In this document: piece by piece, positions 8,557 to 17,694 of the stretch | Layout: each line of letters starts with the position of its first letter | Numbering within the stretch: position 1 is the stretch's first letter | From: Candidatus Zixiibacteriota bacterium | Lineage (GTDB): Bacteria; Zixibacteria; MSB-5A5; UBA10806; 4484-95 | DNA length: 37,260 bases | Assembly (NCBI GenBank): GCA_029932605.1 | Contig: JAOZPT010000022.1 | Coordinates: 1-37,260, forward strand | Direction: 5' to 3' | The notes under the pieces: generated by a model | What the model saw: the letters and a program-made list of their open reading frames with translations, nothing else | Told to the model about the DNA's origin: nothing | Databases searched by the model: none | Translations under genes and position numbers: made by a program

Positions 8557-10548
8557 ATGATTTCGAGAAAGTTGGTTTTTACATTATGTGGTTTGTCTTT
8601 AATGATCGGGTGCTCGCAACCAGACCCCGGTCGGCTTATGCATGGAGAACAACAAATTCAGGTTAGTAAGGTTGAACCGTATTCAAATATTCCTCAGGAA
8701 ATCGACTCATCCCTGACGGAAAATCATTCCAACGGAATCGATTATTATAGGGAGGCTTTAAACAAAGCTGAATCTTATTATACGGACGGAGTAATATATT
8801 ACCAACAGAATCAACTCGATTCGTCTCAGATTGCATATGAGGGAGCTTTGGAGATTCTCTCAGATCTTGAGATTGATGTTGAGGAGTTTCCGCTTGAGGC
8901 CAGCTGGATGGAAACACTCCTCAAGGAGATTGAGTCTGATTACAGGCTGACATTGATGGCATCAGGGGTGCTGTATTCGGAAGGTTCGGCAGTTGCTTTC
9001 AGAGAGCTTTTTTCAGATATAAAAAATTTTAAAAGCCTTAGGGAGTCGAAATCAATACCGGTTCTTGCTGAGGATACGATATCCTATGACATTCCCATTT
9101 ATTTAAATAAAAAAGTTGAGAATTCCCTTGTCTATTTGCAGACTGTTGCCCATGGTGCTTTTGCAAAATACTTGGATAGGTCAGGCAGGTATATGATGTT
9201 AATGGAGAAGATCCTCGAAGAAGAGGGCCTACCCCATGATCTGGTTTACCTGCCATTGATTGAATCGGGATTCAATCCCCATGCTTATTCGTATGCCAGA
9301 GCGGTAGGGTTCTGGCAGTTTATCTATGCTACCGGTAAAAGGTATGGTTTAAAGAGGAATTGGTGGTATGATGAAAGGCGGGATTTCGAGAAATCGACTA
9401 GAGCTGCCTGTCGTTATCTCAAGGATTTATACGAGGAGTTTAATTCATGGGAACTGGCATTAGCTGCATATAACGGTGGTGAGGGAAGGGTTAGGAGAGA
9501 GATAAAAAGGCGCAAGACTAACGATTTCTGGAAACTCAGATTGAAAAAACAAACTCGCAATTATGTTCCGCTTTTCATGGCTGCAACGATAATTGCCAAA
9601 CAACCGGAGAAGTATGGTTTTTATCCTGATTATGATGAACCATTGTACTGGGATACGGTGTGTGTCTCTAAGTGTATGTCGCTTGACAACATTTCCTCGA
9701 AAACCGGTATTAATGTCGCAGACCTGGAGCTGTTAAACCCTGAGCTGATAAGAGGTATCACGCCTCCAAATTATAAAAATTATATCCTGAGAGTTCCGAA
9801 AGGTATGAAAGATAAGTTCTTGGCGGTTTACGACAGCATCCCTTCTGAAAAAAATACCAACTGGGTAAGTCATAAGGTCAGAAGAGGTGAGACTGTTTCT
9901 ACTATAGCCAGAAGATATGGGGTTTCGATGTCTTCGATCGTAACAGCCAATAACTTGGGAAAAAGGTATAAAATATATGCCGGTCAAACGCTTTTAGTGC
10001 CGACCACCGGTGGTTATAGAAAATCAAAGCGGTTAACCAGGGTCATTCCTGATGGTTCGGGGAATTATGTGGTAAAACGTGGAGACACTCTTTGGGAAAT
10101 TGCAAAGGCTCATGGTGTAAGTATAAAAGATTTAAAGAAAGCTAACCGTCTTTACTCCAACAGGATTTATCCTGGAAGGAAACTTATTATACCTCTAAAA
10201 GGGTCTGGTTATTCCGGCTCGAATGATACTTATGTGGTAAAAAAAGGCGATTCTCTATACAAAATTGCTAAAAGATTTGGAGTTACTGTGAGTTCTCTTA
10301 AAAAAGCAAATGGACTTTGGTCTGATACAATCTATCCGTCTATGAAGCTTAAAATTCCAAAATATACTTTAAGTAAAGCATCAAATAAAATAAAGGAGCC
10401 GAAAACATACAGAGTTAAAAAAGGAGATACTCTCTGGAGGATTGCCCGGGTATTTAGGGTGACGGTTCAGGATCTTGTGAGTTGGAATAATATCTCCAAC
10501 CCCTCAAAGTTGAAGATTGGCGATGTATTAAAAATATATGGCGGGTAA
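8557..10548 (+). CDS. mltD: MltD-like lytic transglycosylase (SLT domain plus four LysM repeats), probable lipoprotein
   Basis: Lipobox LMIG-C. SLT motifs LIESGF, AVGFWQF and LALAAYNGGEG. Four LysM repeats of the form V..GD/ET/S...IA..xGV. Start 8557 is preferred over 8533 because GGGAAAAGGT lies upstream. Confidence 0.9.
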   Translation: MISRKLVFTLCGLSLMIGCSQPDPGRLMHGEQQIQVSKVEPYSNIPQEIDSSLTENHSNGIDYYREALNKAESYYTDGVIYYQQNQLDSSQIAYEGALEILSDLEIDVEEFPLEASWMETLLKEIESDYRLTLMASGVLYSEGSAVAFRELFSDIKNFKSLRESKSIPVLAEDTISYDIPIYLNKKVENSLVYLQTVAHGAFAKYLDRSGRYMMLMEKILEEEGLPHDLVYLPLIESGFNPHAYSYARAVGFWQFIYATGKRYGLKRNWWYDERRDFEKSTRAACRYLKDLYEEFNSWELALAAYNGGEGRVRREIKRRKTNDFWKLRLKKQTRNYVPLFMAATIIAKQPEKYGFYPDYDEPLYWDTVCVSKCMSLDNISSKTGINVADLELLNPELIRGITPPNYKNYILRVPKGMKDKFLAVYDSIPSEKNTNWVSHKVRRGETVSTIARRYGVSMSSIVTANNLGKRYKIYAGQTLLVPTTGGYRKSKRLTRVIPDGSGNYVVKRGDTLWEIAKAHGVSIKDLKKANRLYSNRIYPGRKLIIPLKGSGYSGSNDTYVVKKGDSLYKIAKRFGVTVSSLKKANGLWSDTIYPSMKLKIPKYTLSKASNKIKEPKTYRVKKGDTLWRIARVFRVTVQDLVSWNNISNPSKLKIGDVLKIYGG

Positions 10549-10561
10549 CTTTAGAAATGAA

Positions 10562-10590
10562 TTGACATTAGCTTTTATTTAACCTACATT
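10562..10590 (+). promoter_or_regulatory. sigma70 promoter for sppA
   Basis: TTGACA-N17-TACATT, ending 11 nt before the ATG. Confidence 0.6.
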
Positions 10591-10601
10591 GGCAAACAAT
10601 T

Positions 10602-11495
10602 ATGGCTAAGACTCGTGACATCGTTGTTGGTTTAGTTATTGTAACTGCTGTTTTGATGTTTTTCATGATTGTGATTATTTCCATCTTGGGTATATCAAGG
10701 CAGGGTGGTTTCTCTATAACGTCTCTTGGTGATAAAATAGCTGTAGTTGAAGTCAATGGTGTTATAGAGAGGTCTGAGGACATAGTAAGGCAACTGAAAA
10801 AATATGGTAACGATAATTCCGTACGGGCAATTGTATTGAGAATCAATTCTCCAGGTGGTGTTGTTGCTCCTACACAAGAGATTTATAACCAGATACTTAA
10901 GGTGCGAGAGGATGGGAAATATGTGGTTGTGTCAATGTCATCTGTGACCGCCTCGGGAGGATATTATATTGCTTGTGCAGGTGATTCAATACTGGCCAAC
11001 CCAGGTACTCTTACAGGTTCGATAGGTGTAATGCTTTCATTTCTGAACTTTGAGGGGTTAATGGATAAAGTCGGTGTGGAGATGGAAGTTGTAAAATCCA
11101 ATGAGATGAAGGATGTTGGTAATTACTCCCGTGAAATGACACAGAAAGAAAGAGAGATGTTACAGGCAGCTATTGATGATACCTATGACCAATTTGTTAT
11201 AACTGTATCTGAAGCTCGCAATATGGATATCGACCAGGTTGAGGAGATTGCTGATGGTTCGATATATACTGGAAGCCAGGCATTAGACCTTGGCTTAATT
11301 GATAAATTAGGCGGTCTGGAGGATGCTATCACTATGGCCGGTCAAATGGCAGGACTCGGGGATAATCCGCGTATCATAAGAGAATACCCCAGACGTCGCC
11401 GATTGTTTGATTATTTAGTAGAGAAAGTTGCTGAAATGCTAGGTTTGGGAATGGTTAAACAGGCCTGGCCAAGATTGGAATATATTTATAAGTAA
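10602..11495 (+). CDS. sppA: Signal peptide peptidase SppA, 36K type (S49)
   Basis: N-terminal TM helix, LRINSPGG, ASGGYYIA, TGSIGV, ADGSIYTG and GLIDKLG. Confidence 0.95.
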   Translation: MAKTRDIVVGLVIVTAVLMFFMIVIISILGISRQGGFSITSLGDKIAVVEVNGVIERSEDIVRQLKKYGNDNSVRAIVLRINSPGGVVAPTQEIYNQILKVREDGKYVVVSMSSVTASGGYYIACAGDSILANPGTLTGSIGVMLSFLNFEGLMDKVGVEMEVVKSNEMKDVGNYSREMTQKEREMLQAAIDDTYDQFVITVSEARNMDIDQVEEIADGSIYTGSQALDLGLIDKLGGLEDAITMAGQMAGLGDNPRIIREYPRRRRLFDYLVEKVAEMLGLGMVKQAWPRLEYIYK

Positions 11496-11522
11496 TTGAG
11501 TTTAGTGGTATTATGCCGATAA
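11496..11522 (+). promoter_or_regulatory. sigma28 (FliA/SigD)-like promoter upstream of the HU/IHF gene
   Basis: TTGAGTTT-N11-GCCGATAA compared with consensus TAAAGTTT-N11-GCCGATAA: perfect -10 and correct spacing. Confidence 0.5.
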
Positions 11523-11654
11523 AGAAGTAAAAGCAAAGTAAGGGCAAAGATTCATTTGAGGTAAATGTTAAAAGCGATGAAAGAATAGGCTGGTTTGGAT
11601 ATGGAACAGCCGGAGAGAGATGATATAAACTGATTTAAATAGGAGGAGAAAGGT

Positions 11655-11948
11655 ATGACCAAAGCTGATCTGGTGGAACAAGTAGCCGAGAAAACAGGGC
11701 TGACCAGAACCGATGTGGCGGCAACGGTAGACAATTTACTCGAGGCTATTAAAAAAAGCTTGGAAAATGGCAAAAACATCGAAATCCGTGGATTTGGTAC
11801 TTTTAAGATTAAACCGCGTAAAGCACGCAAGGCTCGTAATCCAAGAACTGGGCAGGAAGTGCCTGTTCCTGACCGAAAAATACCGGTATTTAAACCCTCT
11901 AATGAATTTAAGACAATGGTGATGAACTCGGAAGTAAACAGAGTATAG
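11655..11948 (+). CDS. HU/IHF family nucleoid-associated DNA-binding protein
   Basis: MTKADLV, IEIRGFGTF, ARNPRTG and FKPS. AGGAGG RBS. Confidence 0.96.
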   Translation: MTKADLVEQVAEKTGLTRTDVAATVDNLLEAIKKSLENGKNIEIRGFGTFKIKPRKARKARNPRTGQEVPVPDRKIPVFKPSNEFKTMVMNSEVNRV

Positions 11949-11952
11949 GAGT

Positions 11953-12048
11953 ATGCCAAGCGGAAAAAAGCATAAGCGCCATAAAATTAAAACGCATAAA
12001 CGCAAGAAAAGATTACGGAAAGACCGTCATAAAAAGAAAAATAAATAA
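11953..12048 (+). CDS. 31-aa basic protein of the bS22 / AURKAIP1-COX24 (mS38-like) small ribosomal protein family; absent from the ORF track
   Basis: Translates as MPSGKKHKRHKIKTHKRKKRLRKDRHKKKNK, matching the MPSGKKRKRHK..THKRKK...RHKKK pattern of Bacteroidota bS22. Starts 4 nt after the HU stop. Confidence 0.85.
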   Translation: MPSGKKHKRHKIKTHKRKKRLRKDRHKKKNK

Positions 12049-12312
12049 ATCTTAGCTTCTCCTACGGTTGGCTGTCTTGATACTAAATAGATTGATTTGT
12101 GACATTGAACGATATTTATAATTATAAATTTCTTTATAAATTGATTGGTCATCATCAGCAATAGGAGTTTTTTAAAGTCTTCTCGACTTATTAAGGTATC
12201 TTTCGTCTTTTATGGAGAAAACCAAAAATCTGGTGGAGTTAATTAACCACTGGTAACAAGGCACTAGTTGGTAAATAAAAAATCATCGGGTAATCCTCTC
12301 AAATAACTTCAC

Positions 12313-12341
12313 TTGACTTCTGCACCTTTAATTTACATAAT
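12313..12341 (+). promoter_or_regulatory. sigma70 promoter for the thiolase gene
   Basis: TTGACT-N17-CATAAT. Confidence 0.6.
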
Positions 12342-12441
12342 TTATAAAATAGTTGTGGGGCTGAGAAGGTGTAATACCTTTGTGTTGTATAAGATAGTGG
12401 GATTATTGGTAATAGAAGTGTAATTTCTAGGAGGTTAATGA

Positions 12442-13644
12442 ATGTCTACAAATTCTGGACGAGTTGAACAGGCTGTAATATTATCTGCATGCAGAACAGC
12501 GATAGGAACATTTCTTGGCGGGCTTTCACCGATTACCGCACCTCAACTTGGTGGGGTGGTGATCAAAGAAGCAGTTAAAAGGGCTGGTATCGATGTCAAT
12601 AGAATTGATGAGGTCATAATGGGGCAGGTTGTTCAGGGAGGAAGCGGTCAGGGGCCAGGCAGGCAGGCCGCAATCCATAGCGGGTTACCACCTACAATCC
12701 CGTCAATGACCATCAACAAGGTTTGCGGTTCTGGCTTAAAAGCGGTGATGATAGCGGCTCAGGCTATTAAAGCTGGGGATGGCCATTGTTTTGTTGCAGG
12801 TGGAATGGAATCCATGTCTAATTGCCCTTATTATATCTTTGGTGCACGCTCTGGTTTTAAATTTGGTGACAGTAAACTGGTTGACGCAATGGTTTATGAT
12901 GGTTTATGGGACAGTTTCAATAATTACCATATGGGTATTGCAGCTGAGTTTACCGCTAATAAATCGAATATCTCCCGTGAGGAGCAGGATGAATATGCTT
13001 TCAACTCTCATATGAAAGCTGTTAAAGCAATTAATGATGGCAAGTTTAAAGATGAAATCGTGCCGGTAGAGGTTCCCCAGAGGAAAGGTTCACCTGTGAT
13101 ATTTGATGCTGACCAGGGACCACGCCCTGATACCAGCGTGGAGAAACTTGCCAGGCTGAAACCGGCATTTAAAAAAGATGGCTCTGTGACCGCTGGCAAT
13201 TCCCCGGGGTTGAACGATGGCGCTTCCGCGTTGGTTGTTACATCTGAGACATTTGCCAACGAGAATAACCTCAAACCGATAGCCAAGATTATCGATTATT
13301 CCTCGAATTTCGTTGAGCCACAGATGTTGTTTTATGCGCCGGTTGGAGCGATAAATACGCTTATGGAGCGAATGGGTGTTGATATCAACTATTGGGATTT
13401 AATCGAAGCAAATGAAGCGTTTTCCGCTCAGTGCTTAGCCGATGGCAAGGAGCTTGGCTGGGATTGGTCAAAAGTCAACGTAAACGGCGGTGCCGTTGCC
13501 CTCGGTCACCCGATTGGTGCCTCAGGCGCTCGCGTTTTAACCACGCTTATTTATGCTCTGAAGGACCGGGGCTTAAAAAAGGGGCTGGCAACGTTGTGCC
13601 TTGGTGGTGGTGGTGCGGTGGCGATGGCTATTGAACTGATATAA
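12442..13644 (+). CDS. atoB: Acetyl-CoA C-acetyltransferase (thiolase)
   Basis: NKVCGSG (catalytic Cys), GGMESMS, NEAF, GHPIGASGAR and CLGGG. AGGAGG RBS. Confidence 0.95.
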   Translation: MSTNSGRVEQAVILSACRTAIGTFLGGLSPITAPQLGGVVIKEAVKRAGIDVNRIDEVIMGQVVQGGSGQGPGRQAAIHSGLPPTIPSMTINKVCGSGLKAVMIAAQAIKAGDGHCFVAGGMESMSNCPYYIFGARSGFKFGDSKLVDAMVYDGLWDSFNNYHMGIAAEFTANKSNISREEQDEYAFNSHMKAVKAINDGKFKDEIVPVEVPQRKGSPVIFDADQGPRPDTSVEKLARLKPAFKKDGSVTAGNSPGLNDGASALVVTSETFANENNLKPIAKIIDYSSNFVEPQMLFYAPVGAINTLMERMGVDINYWDLIEANEAFSAQCLADGKELGWDWSKVNVNGGAVALGHPIGASGARVLTTLIYALKDRGLKKGLATLCLGGGGAVAMAIELI

Positions 13645-13665
13645 TAGTTAATAATTGTTAGGTGG

Positions 13666-13693
13666 GGGTAGAACACCGTTCTACCCTTTTTTT
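13666..13693 (+). terminator. Rho-independent terminator after thiolase
   Basis: GGGTAGAAC-ACC-GTTCTACCC hairpin followed by a T7 run. Confidence 0.85.
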
Positions 13694-14783
13694 ATTCAAT
13701 AAACGGTGTGGGCATAAAACAAAGAATAAATACAATTATACAAATGTATCCAATCAACATCCGTTTTCTATCCAAGGGTATATCATCCATAACCGTTGGT
13801 GGATGATTGGCTCTTATTAGTATAAGACAAAATAATCCCCAGAATATCCAGCCCAGCCAGAGAAAAGATAAGGCTAATAAAACAAAAAAGCTTAAGCGGG
13901 CTATCTTATGTTGCGTTTTACCGAACATGGCATATAAAATATGACCGCCATCGAGTTGACCTATTGGCATAAGGTTAAGCATGGTTACAAGAAAGCCTAC
14001 CCAGCCTGCAAAAGCAACGGGATGCAGTACCGCCATATATCCATCCGGTGTTGGTGGTTGGACAATTATATTAATAAATGAAAATAAAAGTGAATCGCCG
14101 AGCGTTATTAGTCCGGTTATATCAGTCGTTTCAGGAATAAACCTTGGATGGGCCAATCCCCAGATTACTATCGGTATTGCTACGACTATTCCAGACAGGG
14201 GACCAGCCGCGCCCACATCGAAAAGCTGTTTGCGAGTGATAAATGGCGACTTAGACCGGATGACAGCACCAAGGGTGCCGATGATATTAGGAAATGGCAG
14301 GAAATAGGGAAGAGAGACGTTGACACCATGCCTTCTTGAGGCGATATAATGACCGAACTCGTGGAAAAGAAGAATAGCAAGTAGCGAAAACGAAAAGGGG
14401 ATTCCAGCAGTAATGATTTTAAGCGGATTTTGCCAGAACATCTCAGGTTTTGAGATGAAATCAACACCATCATAACTTGCACCAACTATGATTGTAGAGA
14501 TAAGTGTTAGAACAAACAGTATTATGTTCAACCAGGGGATTTTCTTAACGCCCACTTTGCCGGACATTTGAATACGAATTACTACCTTGGGTTGCAGACT
14601 TACGATCTCAGGTTTTCCCGGAAGATATGAGATCAGTTTTAAAAGCTGTGTTTCTGTGATGCCAAAAGGGTTGTTAAAAGCACCCCGTAAAATGATCTCC
14701 TCACTGCCGCTGTAAGCTACATCAATATCGATAATTTCTTTGAGAGCATCAATATATTGCCTTGTAATATCCTTTGTATCCAT
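13692..14783 (-). CDS. Site-2 protease family (M50) membrane metalloprotease
   Basis: HEFGH, GAAGPLSG and NLMPIGQLDGGH motifs, with multiple TM segments. Confidence 0.93.
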   Translation of the reverse strand: MDTKDITRQYIDALKEIIDIDVAYSGSEEIILRGAFNNPFGITETQLLKLISYLPGKPEIVSLQPKVVIRIQMSGKVGVKKIPWLNIILFVLTLISTIIVGASYDGVDFISKPEMFWQNPLKIITAGIPFSFSLLAILLFHEFGHYIASRRHGVNVSLPYFLPFPNIIGTLGAVIRSKSPFITRKQLFDVGAAGPLSGIVVAIPIVIWGLAHPRFIPETTDITGLITLGDSLLFSFINIIVQPPTPDGYMAVLHPVAFAGWVGFLVTMLNLMPIGQLDGGHILYAMFGKTQHKIARLSFFVLLALSFLWLGWIFWGLFCLILIRANHPPTVMDDIPLDRKRMLIGYICIIVFILCFMPTPFIE

Positions 14784-14786
14784 ATG

Positions 14787-15932
14787 TTACTTCAAATTCA
14801 TAAACCTATACTTTATATCGGATATGTCACTGCCATTACTGAAATCAAGGATAAATATATCATATGATTCCGAGTGCAATTTTTTAGGTTTATATGAATA
14901 GGCAATCTTTGAACCATCAGCTGAAATGGCTAAGTAATATTTGTCACCGCCATCATAGGTCAGTCTGAAATCCATGTCGCCAATATGATAAAATATATCT
15001 ACGCCCTGTCGGGTGTTGGCTAAATAAGCGAATTCATTAAAGGCGACAGCCGCCGGGCAAAATGGTGCATTAGAGCCGTACTCAAGTTGTTGTTTCGTTA
15101 ATATTTCCGGAGTCCCTCCATTGGGAAGAATACCATAAATACATGTTGTCCTGGAGCCTGCCTGAAAAGTTATTATATTATCACCAGCTGATAAATTCTG
15201 TATCATCGTTAAAGGGCGGTAATGGTTTAATAAGCCACTGTTGGAATAAAGGATGGTTTTATTGTGGCTTTTCGGATTGAATCTGATAATAGCATCCTCG
15301 GCTGGTTCATAATAAATTAACTCCTTTTTATATGGGCAATAACCATATCTTCCTGTATGTAAACAGGTATCGGATATTTTAGTATCCAGGTGGAATAACA
15401 TCAGCATCTTATCAGCTGGGTCACCACCGGTGGAGTCATTGCTTGCGATATAAAAAAAGCTTGTATTGGATTGGAATTTTGGTGAGAAACATCTATTATA
15501 AGGCAGTTTTATAGTCGTCTCTTTACCGGTTTCAAAGTCGAAATAGACGACCTCCGAGCGACTTTTTTCAAGCCAATCGAAAAAACCATCATCAAGGCGC
15601 GTTACCGAAGTATCGCGGGTGAAAATCAGCTTTGTCCCTGATGGTGAAAATCCTCCAACCCTGTCAGCGTATATATTATCTGTTAATCGTATTAGGTGAT
15701 AATTTCCGCCGGTTATGGTTGCCACGAAAGGTATCAAAGTTGAATCGGATTTTATCAGTTCCTCAAAGTCTTTTATAGCGGTAGAGAAATAGCCTTTCTT
15801 CCACTGGTTGAGAGGATATACAAGTTTTTCAGGGATTATTTTATTATAAAGCTTTGAAAACGGAATACCCTGGCCCGTATATGTTAAAGGACTGGAGATT
15901 AAGATAAGAAGAATTAAACTTATATGTTTCAT
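14787..15932 (-). CDS. Exported TolB-like beta-propeller protein
   Basis: Signal-like MKHISLILLILISS (start 15932 preferred over 15968). PD40-like repeats FSPSGTKLIF, FSPKF, RLTYDGG and ISADGSKIAYS. Confidence 0.6.
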   Translation of the reverse strand: MKHISLILLILISSPLTYTGQGIPFSKLYNKIIPEKLVYPLNQWKKGYFSTAIKDFEELIKSDSTLIPFVATITGGNYHLIRLTDNIYADRVGGFSPSGTKLIFTRDTSVTRLDDGFFDWLEKSRSEVVYFDFETGKETTIKLPYNRCFSPKFQSNTSFFYIASNDSTGGDPADKMLMLFHLDTKISDTCLHTGRYGYCPYKKELIYYEPAEDAIIRFNPKSHNKTILYSNSGLLNHYRPLTMIQNLSAGDNIITFQAGSRTTCIYGILPNGGTPEILTKQQLEYGSNAPFCPAAVAFNEFAYLANTRQGVDIFYHIGDMDFRLTYDGGDKYYLAISADGSKIAYSYKPKKLHSESYDIFILDFSNGSDISDIKYRFMNLK

Positions 15933-16329
15933 AAAAACATATATAATACCTTGAATTGCAATGAGCAATAGTTAAAAGTATTAGTTATAAGGTTCTTGAA
16001 AATATGTTTAGTTTTGCCAAAGCAGGATAATCGTTATCCGGGTTTTTCTTATTGACTATGGCTTGCTAATTTCGGATTTTATGCTAGTGATGTTGATGAT
16101 AACTGTGATGTACGGTGAAATAGGACAACCTCTTTAATGAGCTATTTTAAAATCAATATGATTGCAATAGGCTTATACCTTTCCAAAGGGGTTAACTATG
16201 GTTGCCAGGTTTTTTATGAATGTAAGGCTTATCTTATTGACTGTTTAAAAGGTCTTGGAAATCCTTCTGTTAAAGGGTATTATCCCAACCTTACTAACAA
16301 ACCATTTATCTCTGCCGAAAGAAATATTG

Positions 16330-17694
16330 ATGGCTGATTATAAACCAATGGAACGATTCCCGAATGAAGGTGGTGACAAGGTGACTGATGATGTGAGCCA
16401 TCTAGCCGAGCAGATAAGCGAGTTCAGTGATATCAACAGGCGGCTTCGCAGAAAGATATTTGATTTATACACGGTATTCGAGATATCGAGGAATCTGTCC
16501 TCGATGTTGAACACTGAGTCACTTATCAATGGCATTCTGCTTACATGTATGGGCCAGATCGGTGTAAAGGGAGTTGTGATTTTCACTACTGATAACGATT
16601 ATAAGTATTTGACCAATCCTCGGTCCAAAGGTATTGACATAGAGAGCTTAAAGAATACTTCTATCAAGCTAAACAGCCCCCTGGCCAGAGTTCTTTTAAA
16701 ATCAGCTAAACCCTTGACATCGGTTCAGCTGTCAAGCTTATTGAGTAAACATAAAAAGGAGCTGGATTTTTTAAATACTTTTAATATCAAGCTGGCAGCA
16801 CCCATGATCATGAGAAGCCCCTCTCAGGACAATTTCAGGCTTTTGGGTGTGTTGTTTCTTCTTGAGAAAATCACAAAGGCTGATTTTTATGAAGATGATA
16901 TCGAATTCTTAACACTTTTGATGAACCAGCTTGCTGTTGCTCTTGAGAATGCCCGCCTTTATGAAATCGAACACCTGATGAATGAGGAAATCAAGCGTAC
17001 CCAAAAGCTTTTAGTGGAATCCGAAAAGATGGCCGCCCTGGGTAAACTCTCGGCTTCTATAGCTCATGAAGTTAATAATCCTCTTGGCATCATCAATAAT
17101 TATCTGCAGATATTGTCTATGCAGACAATGCCGGATGATGTTTATAAAAATTACATAAAAATCCTCAAAGATGAAGTGAAGCGTATAGCTGGCATTGTCA
17201 GACAGCTTTTGGATTTTTATAAACCCGAACAGGAGCAGGTGGGCGATGTTGATTTGAGGAAAATTCTCCCCGAGACATTGGAACTGCTTTCCAACCAGCT
17301 TTCGAAATCCCGTATCGTTGTTCGTTTAGATATAGATAGGGATGTGCCGTTAATTAAGGCCTCGGCAGAGAAGTTAAAGCAAGTTTTTTTGAACCTTATA
17401 ATGAACTCGAAGTATTTTATGCCGGAAAGTGGTGAGATTAAAATACGGATAATTAAAAATACTCCTAACGTAGAGATAGAGATAAGCGATACTGGTCCAG
17501 GCATACCGGAGGAAAATCTATCGAAAATATTTGAACCTTTCTTTACAACTAAAAAAGGCGATGGAACAGGACTTGGGCTATTTGTTTGTTATGGCATTAT
17601 CCAGTGGCATAGAGGAAACATAACGGTTCGCAATAATGTTGATAAAGGAACTACTTTTCATATAACTTTACCAATTACGAGAAAAGATGATTGA
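16330..17694 (+). CDS. Cytoplasmic GAF-domain sensor histidine kinase
   Basis: GAF end QLAVALENARLY, H-box SIAHEVNNPL, N-box QVFLNLIMN, DTGPGI, FEPFFTTK and GTGLGL. No TM segment. ATG at 16330 is preferred over TTG at 16255. Confidence 0.92.
   Translation: MADYKPMERFPNEGGDKVTDDVSHLAEQISEFSDINRRLRRKIFDLYTVFEISRNLSSMLNTESLINGILLTCMGQIGVKGVVIFTTDNDYKYLTNPRSKGIDIESLKNTSIKLNSPLARVLLKSAKPLTSVQLSSLLSKHKKELDFLNTFNIKLAAPMIMRSPSQDNFRLLGVLFLLEKITKADFYEDDIEFLTLLMNQLAVALENARLYEIEHLMNEEIKRTQKLLVESEKMAALGKLSASIAHEVNNPLGIINNYLQILSMQTMPDDVYKNYIKILKDEVKRIAGIVRQLLDFYKPEQEQVGDVDLRKILPETLELLSNQLSKSRIVVRLDIDRDVPLIKASAEKLKQVFLNLIMNSKYFMPESGEIKIRIIKNTPNVEIEISDTGPGIPEENLSKIFEPFFTTKKGDGTGLGLFVCYGIIQWHRGNITVRNNVDKGTTFHITLPITRKDD

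Noticed and set aside
9870..10545. Repeated GTGGTAAAA/GGAGA-like DNA segments
   Set aside because: Explained by the LysM protein repeats; not a CRISPR array or DNA repeat element.
11552..12005. Two minus-strand ORFs of 135 and 89 aa
   Set aside because: Antisense shadows of the HU and bS22-like genes.
16137..16337. 66-aa ORF in the divergent spacer
   Set aside because: No recognisable motif or clear RBS, and it overlaps the likely promoter region of the kinase operon.
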